Below, in pieces: positions 24,501-33,500 of a DNA stretch of 64,000 bases. The stretch is from Sphaerodactylus townsendi (taxonomy: Eukaryota): the NCBI RefSeq assembly GCF_021028975.2, contig NC_059425.1:119660001-119724000 (forward strand). Direction: 5' to 3'. A program made the position numbers and the translations under genes. Under the pieces are notes generated by a model. The model saw only the letters and a list, made by a program, of their open reading frames with translations. It searched no databases and was not told the origin of the DNA. Positions within the stretch are counted from its first letter, which is position 1, and every line of letters begins with the position of its first letter.

Positions 24501-27500
24501 TGAGTCCTACTATCGTCTGGGCTTCTGCAGGTGGCATCATCCACCTTCCAGCTGTTGGTATGCCTAAGCTAGATCTAATTTTGCAAAACCTTTCCCCTGC
24601 CAATGTTGCTAACAACTGACTGACAACTGGCACTGGAGTGCGGATGTTTCTGCAATGCCTTACATTAGTGTGCACTTATAATCCCAGCACAAATCGCACA
24701 TCCCCATTGGCCTTCAGGGGTCTGGTGGAGTTTCCATTTTGCATTTTACCACTGGTTCCAGTATTCCCTGTTCCAATAACCGATCCTAATTCTACATCCC
24801 ACTTTAGAGCACCAAAACAAAATGGAATACGGTATTGATTTTAGGAATGATATTGGGGGGTACTGGAAGGATCAAGATACAATGATATAGGTGGACCCTA
24901 TATGCTGCCCCAGTCCCTCAGCAAACACACTCTTAAATTCTTCCACTAGCTTACCTCCCATGTTAACTTGCTAACCTCATGAATTCCAGTAATTGCAATT
25001 CCCCAACCTCCCGAACCGGTCCAGCCCCCCCAATAGGCTTGTCGCCTTCCTTCCACTATTAACAATTGCAAGCATCCATCAAACATATGATGTTTCCACA
25101 TGCACATTACACACTGCCAACCACACTGGGTACTCTATGTCCTTGATAATCCGTGAAAGTGGTAAGTCCACAAGATCTAATGTCCAAATCATCCCGCAAT
25201 GGGCAAAATGTCTTATAAGTGTCCCATGAAGCGATGGAGAATGCTGACCCAGAATCCACTTCCATCACACACAAGGGACATCCTGGATCCCCTCACAGTC
25301 CACCGTCAACTTATGCTGGGATCTGGGAACGCGTGGTTAATTACATCAGCTGCATGAACACCATTACACTGCTCAAGTGGGGGTTGGCCAACCAAGCCAA
25401 GCAACATGGGGACAGCAAGGTGCATCACAGAAGATTGTGTAGCAGATGGGCGGGGAACATGTCTTCTTGGTCCTTGATGCCTTTTCTCTGCACCTCTCCC
25501 AATATGCTTTAATGTTTACAACAGAAACATTGTGCCTCTTTAAATTTACACCTTTCTCTCTCATGGGGCCCTACCACAGCTCAAACATTTCTCTGTTGAC
25601 ATCCTCCCTCTCTGTTGTGGTGGTCTCCCCATACTTCGATACACCAATGCTGCAGTCTCTGAATTTCACCATTGCCAGGGTCTACAGTCCCACTGCCAGC
25701 TGTTTGCAGTCTCTCACAATGTGTTAACCTGGCTTGTGTTAAGCACCCTCAGTGAGAGGCTGCAGCAAGTTCAGAAATTCAAAGGCTTCTTGGTACATGC
25801 CGTTTGGAAGAAATCAAGTCTGTCTTTGCCAGCAACAACTTTTGCAATGAATTGCACTCTCTCAGGCCACAGACCAAGCGATCCCTTAACATTTCTTCCA
25901 AATTGGAGAAATTGCATTGTTGTGCCAACAAATCGTAAGTGGGAGCTGCAACATAATCTGCAATCGCTAACGAACCCCTCCTGAGTCACGTTTGTAAACT
26001 TACTCCGATCACAACATTTCTGACGGTTGGGGCCAGTGGTTCCTTAATGCAGTCAATATCTCTACAAGTAGGCGTTGCTGATAAGTCTCTTAGCGCTATC
26101 AATGCTAAAGGCGAGGTCAAACACCCCTTCACCACAGAGGCTCAAAAACACAGCTCTTTTAACCTTTTCTGGGTCTGTTATGCCATTTGCCAGAAGATAA
26201 GAAATTCCAATCCCGGGCCTCATAACTCCTGCGCTTCGAAGGAAACTCCAAATTAAACTGATTCCAGCTGCCCTTGAAAGGCCATAAGTTACTCACATTC
26301 CGCTTCACTAAAAACCTTCCAGAGACCTTTCTTATAAGTTCATCCTAAAATTAGCCAATATGTCATGTCTCAGAAAGAGCAGTCGAGGAGGGAACGAAGC
26401 ATAGTACTTTATTCCATAGCTGCTACTCACACATAGCCTAAAATCACTCTGCAGCTGTGCTCAATATAACACACTTACTGATTACCAATTACAGTGCAAC
26501 AGCTGCAGACTCTTAAAACAATACAATACATTACAGGAATCCATTCCCAGTTTCATGGTAGGGTAAAATGAAACTCTCCCAGTTTAGACAGGAAGAATTA
26601 AAAGTTCTAGATAAAACACTGTTTCAAAAGCATGCAAACCAAAGTCTGAGGAACAAAGGGATAGACAGAGTGAAGTCTCTCTTAACCAGCTTCTATTTTC
26701 AGCATTCCAGCAGGCTTGTGTCCCTTCCAAGGAAGTGAATGCCAAGGTAACAACTTAGTTGGCCTTGTATTTTTACATTCCTTTTCATAGTTCTGTTACA
26801 CACTGTAGTGATTTTATATGGTTTTCCAATACTCTTGTGCCCTAGACAACAGTGAATAGTGAATAAAGCTCTTTTCCTTTAAAAGAGCTCTCAACAAAGG
26901 TGCCTGTATATTCAGTCCATGCAGACTAGAGGGCTACAGACTACTGTTAGCTGGTGAGGGGGTGAAGCATACACACAGAGAATTTCTATCCATGACTCAA
27001 GCCATAGTTAGAAAGAGGAAGGACATAAGCATTCTGCCTCACACAACAACAAAAGAGGAGGCAAATTAGGCAAGCCCAAGCCCTTTCTCCAACCCCCTGA
27101 AGGATGTCCCCTTTGTTTCTCAGGCAAAGACAGCAAAGAAGGAAGAAGCATAAGAACATAAGAACAAGCCAGCTGGATCAGACCAAGGTCCATCTAGTCC
27201 AGCTCTCTGCTACTCGCAGTGGCCTACCAGGCAAAGAGAAACAGATTATTATTATTACAACTGCAAACTGTGGTTCTCTGAAAAAGCGTAAATGAGGATA
27301 CAAGGGCAAGATAAACAAACTATGGGCAAGGTTATACATGAAACTACCTGAAATAGTCATTGAAACAAAACATAAGCTGCCAGTAAATAAAACAACTCAA
27401 GAAAGTCTTGCTTGGCCTTTTCAATTACATTGAATTACATTGAAAAGGACATCAGATAAGAATGTTTCCTATCTCCATTGTTATTCGGCACTAGAATTAT

Positions 27501-30500
27501 TGGCATCAGCAATAAGACAAGTCTTCACAATTTAAAAAATTCAAGTCGATAATGAGGATCACAAATGGAAATGGTACACAGATGAAGCAGAATTAATGAT
27601 CATGGGCCCTCAACAATCAGTTAAACGCCTGATGAAATTATTGAGATGTGTGGATCTTTTTCTGGCTAAAAAAATTTAATAGAAATAAAACTAAAATTAT
27701 TCTAAATGTTCTAGCAGAGCAAGAATTACAGAAACTCCAGCAACTTGCAAGCTGTGATGTTCATTCCAAAACACAGAGATATTTGAGTATATATATAACC
27801 AGACATAATGAAATGTTATTTAAATACAATTATTAGTTGCTTGGAAAAAATAAAAGAAGACCTACAAAGCTGATACGAATTAAAACTACCTTGGTTTGGA
27901 AGAATATCAGCAATGAAAATGAATGTTTGCCAAACTAATTTTTTTGTTTCAAATGCTACCTATATTTATATCAGACAAGACATCAAGGGATTGGCAATCA
28001 CATTTAAATGCATTCATCTGCAATCATAAAAAAACCAGAATCAGATTCAAAGTTTTGCAAGATGGAAAGAAAAAAGGAGGCCTTCTCATACTTAATATCA
28101 GGCAGTTGGTCTGGTTTGGATGACAGACTATATTAAATACCCAAGACAAAGAATAATTAAATTAGAGTTGCATAATTTGAAGGCAGGCATACATAATTAT
28201 ATATGGCCAGAAAATCCATCATATTTGAGTGAAACATATCAGAAAGAAAAACATGTAATAATGAAAGGTTTACTTGGAATATGGATAAAGACACATAAAC
28301 ATCTCAGCATGCCAACTTCACCTTTAATGTCTCCTATAGAAGCCTGTTATGATGTGAATACCCAAAAGAATCACAATCCTATATAATACAAAAGTATGAT
28401 TAACAATCAAGGAAAAATCAAACGGTGGCAGGAAGTTAAAGGAGAAGGGGAAAATATTCAATGGATGACATATTTCCAAATCGCTTCAATTTTGAGAGAA
28501 ATATCAGAATTTGAAAAAGAAATTGATCCACAAAAAAAGCACTTCATGGGAAGAATCTATAAGATATTACTTAAATATTATTCAGAAACTGAACAAGTCA
28601 AGAATTATTAAATTTTGAGAGCAGTTGTTATTATTTTAATATATAAATGTAGGCATGTTTCCTTAACAATTAATAGGTGCTAATATTGATCATTAATTTT
28701 AAATTAAGCAATTATAAGATTGCAGAAAACGTTTGTTACCTTTTATATCAACTATATTATTACACCTTATTTTGAACTGCTTTTTTAAATTCATTCAGTA
28801 CTGCTGATAATTAATTCAGATCCATCTTTTATATGTTTGTATAATATTATTCTGTTTCCTGTGTTTTTTATGTTGTTGAACTTTATGAACAAACAATAAA
28901 TTATTCTTTTAAAAAAGGAAATCTCACTTGACAATCAACATACTAGTAGTTGTGGTTAAGAGTGGTGGACTCTAATCTGGAGAACTGGATTTGGTTCCCC
29001 ACTCCTACACATGAAGCCTGCTGGGTCATCTTTGGCCAGTCAGTTCTTTCAGAACTCTCAACTCCATCTACCTCACAAGGTGTCTATGGTGGAGAGAGGA
29101 AGAGAAGGAGTTTTTAAGCTGCTTTGAGACACCTTACAGTTGATAAAAGTGGGATATAAATCCAAGCTCTTCACTTCAGACATAGTGACTGAAATCTTGA
29201 CTTTCTCTTGTGAAGTTTCTGCAGCACATTGAATCCTGAAAAGTAACCTTCCTTATAAGATACCTTGGAATTAGTCCTTGGTGTCTGTATTCTGGGGTGA
29301 ATAAAATTTGAAATTCTTCATTCTTTAGTAGTACCTATAACATTTTATGTACAAAGTTCTTAATTTAAACATTTTTACTTAAATACTAATACCAAGTGTA
29401 TTTCACTCAAAACACAGAGGAACTTGTTAATTTCCTATATCAAGTAATGTGAAGGGAAATGGTAATGTTTGCCACAATGTGAACAAATGGTGTGTTTGAA
29501 CCAAAGACCAGCCATAGACAGTTTTAGTGTTTGGTTCTAAAAAGCTGTTGCAATTCTTTCTTTTTTTATAAATAGAATTGCCATACAATGACTACTTCGA
29601 ATATTTTGGACCAGATTTCAAGCTGCATATAAGTCCATCAAATATGACAAACCAGAACACTCCAGAATATATGGAAAAGATTAAGTAAGTATTAGTATCC
29701 TACTGTGAATATAGGCATTGCAAAGTGTTGAATAATGACAACTCTTTGTTTAGACAAGTCATGAATAATTATACTTTCTCATTCTTATCGCCATAGAAAT
29801 CAGGAAAAGTAAGGGATTAATAAAATCTGCTGTTTAGCGAGAAATCTTACTAGCCCAATTTGATACTTAATCTTGTGAAAGTGGATTGCTTTAGTCAGTG
29901 GCTTAGCAGTTGACATAAATTTTGGTGTGCTTCATGTTACTAATTAGTCATTTTGCTCTGAACTTGTATGCTTGCAATGAATGCTAAGATGAGAGAGTAT
30001 TTTTAAAATGTGTTTTCTCATTGGTAGCTCAGTTGACTGTGCTGTATAAACTCAGTTTTATATTTCTTTTTGGGCACTATTGCCTGCCTTTGGTGTTCCT
30101 GTTATGCAACCTTCCTTTCCACTAGACCAGGGGTAGGGAACCTGCGGCTCTCCAGATGTTCAGGAACTACAATTCCCATCAGCCCCTACCAGCATGGCCA
30201 ATTGGCCATGCTGACAGAGGCTGATGGGAATTGTAGTTCCTGAACATCTGGAGAGCCGTAGGTTCCCTACCCCTGCACTAGACAGCTGGGTATTTTGCAT
30301 GATGGAAAATTCAGGCACTCCAAACAACCACTTATAGGAAAGAAAGTTTTATCAGGAAGAGATAACTTTTCTATGGGTTACTTAACTTACAGGCAGCGTT
30401 TATTTGAGAACTTGCGCATGTTGCCCCATGCACCTGGTGTACAGATGCAAGCTATTCCTGAAGATGCTGTTCATGAAGACAGCGGTGATGAAGATGGTGA

Positions 30501-33500
30501 AGATCCAGACAAGCGTATTTCTAGTAAGGAGTCTGATATTAGAAAACTCAATATAAAATTTAAGCAGGGGAGGTCTTGCTGTTCATTGTATAAATGTATA
30601 GGACTGTTTTCATTATTATTTAACTCCCACAACGCCCTGAGACTCAATAATTCCTGCTGATGCTTGTTCTGGCACTTGCATCTTTTCGCTTTACTTGGTC
30701 AAAAGGTTTCTGTCTGGTGATGGCTATGCTAGATGCTGCTGTACAAAGAAGATGGGTAAACACCACGTTTTATTCATCACCGCCTGTGTTTAATGCTCCC
30801 TATCTGGCTTCTGTTGATAGGCGATTCTTCTGCTGCACAAAGCCCACTCCACTTGCCCCTAGCCAGGGTACTCTGAGAGTGCTGCGAACTGAAGACCTCT
30901 TGCAGTAGTGAAAGTAGACAGTTTCACTTTCATCTGTGCTTCAACCAGTTACCTGTTCCCAGGAGCTGCAAGATGGAGAACTCCTGTGTTCCATACGCTC
31001 GTTACGATATTTTTCAGGAACCTCTTATTTACTGCATGAGGAGTGCTGTAGAAGAAGATTAAGCCCTCATGAGATAAGACAGGGTCTCTATTTGTTCTGG
31101 TTTGCTATCCTCTGGGGGGGGGGGGGGGGCAGTGCACAGGGAAGGCTTTGCTTCTTTGTTCACTGCCCAGGCATCTGTACAGAAAAAAGGCAAGCCGAGT
31201 GTGGCACAGACGAGACCTTCTCTGCAGCCAGCCACTTCTTTGTCTCCTTTTTAAATGTAATACATTGTAGATGAACTGCAGAGCAGTGTCTGGGAGGCAA
31301 AAGCTGCTGAAAGAAACAGTTATCCTGAGCAAAGGATCTTAAGGCAATAAGTCAACAGGAACAGTTTCCCCAGTTCTATGAATTTCTGCCTAACAGAGCA
31401 TGTCTCTTGTTATTACACAGACATTCAGAGTGGAAGTGATCTGGGGTATTAATAAATGTCCAGATGAGGGGTATAAACATCCTGGAAATTTTGAAGCCAT
31501 GAAAAATAACTTTGTTGTTTTTGTCCCCCTTCCCTCTGAAATTTGGGAGAAACTGAGATTACATGGAATATTTTTTAACAATAAACTTAGACTTAATTGC
31601 ATTCACATGAAATACATGATTTATAACAGCATGAAAATGAACTATATAGTATATTTGTATAATTTATAATAATTAATCTCCTAGTTTTTCTTATGAATAT
31701 GCTCAATATATGGGAGAGAGAACTGCAAACTCATCCAATCTGTTCTGCTTTATTCCACGTATCTTCATTTTCTAAGGGGCAGGGAAAAATAACAGCTGAA
31801 TAGAAAACAAAGGAAAAATATTCTGTTCGCACACAATTTGTCTCATACAATTCTAGGACTACCAGCATATTAGGATACTTCTATTGACAACAGTGGAGTT
31901 TTCAGTATATTATTCATATGCATTATGGTATATTAATGTTAGACAAGTATGTCATATTTAAAGAATATATCCAGAATGTATGCCTGAATCATTGTGCAAT
32001 TCTATAAATCGCCTTACATAAAAATCTTAAATCTGAGCAGTTTGAATAAATAATGTCTTGCTTTAAAAGCATTGTACTTACCCCTTCCCCTTTAAAAAAA
32101 TGGACTTCAGAGTTTCCTACATTTTCTGTTTAGGGGTGGGGAAGGAAATGCACGGAGAATTCAGGTTGGGAAGCAGAGTCCCTAGCATGGAAGTCATGGC
32201 TTTAACTAATTATTTTTGGGGGGGGGGGGGGGTTTAGTGACAGTGTAACAGAAAAATAATGTGTTCATGTTACTTTTTTTTGTAGTTCGAGCATCTGATA
32301 AACGGATAGCCTGTGATGAAGAATTTTCTGATTCTGAAGATGAAGGGGAAGGAGGGCGAAGAAATGTTGCTGATCATAAAAAAGGGGCCAAGAAAGCCCG
32401 ATTAGAGGAAGATAAAAAAGAGACAGATGACAAAAAAGCAGGTAAATATTTTAATTGAGTTATAGTCTGGTCTTTTTAGTTTACAATCCTAAGCATGCAT
32501 AAGAACATAAGAGGAGCCTGGTGTCTCAGTGGTCTATATAGTCTAGCATTCTGTTTCAAACAGTGGCCAGTCAGCTAGCCTGGCAAAGGGGAGTATAAGG
32601 GCCATGAACTTCCCTTGCTGATGCCTCCCAGGATCAATACTCAAAGGTTTGCTCTCTCTGGATAGCTAATAGCTAGTAGCCATTGCTGGATCTTCCCTCC
32701 ATCAATCTGTCTAATCCCATTATAAGGCTGTCTATGCTCATGACTATCACTGCCTCCCCAGTTGTGAATTCCAGGTTAATTACTCATTGAGTAATTCAAT
32801 TTAGTTACTCATTGAATAAAGAAATTGTTTTTGCCTGATTTGAACCTGCTTCCCAACAGATCTCTTGTGAGGAAGGAGAACATCCTGATACTTGGGTATT
32901 GTTCCCATAATCCCAGAGGGCAATCATGACTTGTGAAGATTCTCGAAGCTGATGACAGCCTGTAGGACAGAGCCCTGAATTGGCTCTTTTTCCCAGGCAA
33001 AACATAGATACTTCTTGTGTGGAGGAAAAAAACTTTAAGTCCAGAGTTACTTTCCATTTGGTGATGCTGAGTTCTGGTATTTGGGGGAAGGAATGGGAAA
33101 TGGTCCCTCTATGCATTCAGCACATGGATAATTTTATAAACCTTTATCATCTTTCCCCTTAGCTGCTTTTTTTCTAAACTGAAAAGTCTCAGATTCTCCA
33201 GCCTTCCTTTATAGGGAAGGTGTACCCAAGCCCTTTACCATCCTGGCTGCTTTCCTTTCCTTTGTTTTGGTTTTTTCCCCCAGTTCCTCAGTGGCTTTTT
33301 TGAGATACAGTAAACAGAACTGCACACAAAATTCCAAATATGGCCTCCACATAGGTTTAGACAAGGGTTTTCCAATAGTGATCATTTCATTTTCAGTCCC
33401 TTCCTTGTAATTCCTAGCACAGAAGATTGCTATTTTTACTGCTGCTGCATACTGGGTTGACATAATGATGAGCTTTTCACAATTACCCCAAGATATCTTT

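Larger units (their letters stand above)
21906..26535 (-). mobile_element. Full-length Ty3/Gypsy LTR retrotransposon (short-LTR, K02A2.6/Mag-like), antisense in HDAC2 intron 9
   Basis: TG...CA LTRs at 21906-22078 and 26361-26535; TSD GGAAT at 21901-21905 and 26536-26540; PPT-like purine tract next to the left LTR on the minus strand; frameshifted pol with [14 protein letters not shown] (RT), [14 protein letters not shown] and LFATHGL (integrase), and TGPLSY...RRHVDQVR (IN C-terminus). Confidence 0.93.

Noticed and set aside
29695-30392. U12-like motifs in intron 10 (GTATCCT 10 nt after the donor; CTTAAC near the acceptor)
   Set aside because: The canonical GTAAGT donor gives the correct frame, the U12 match is imperfect (GTATCCTA), and the putative branch point is only ~7 nt from the AG; likely chance.
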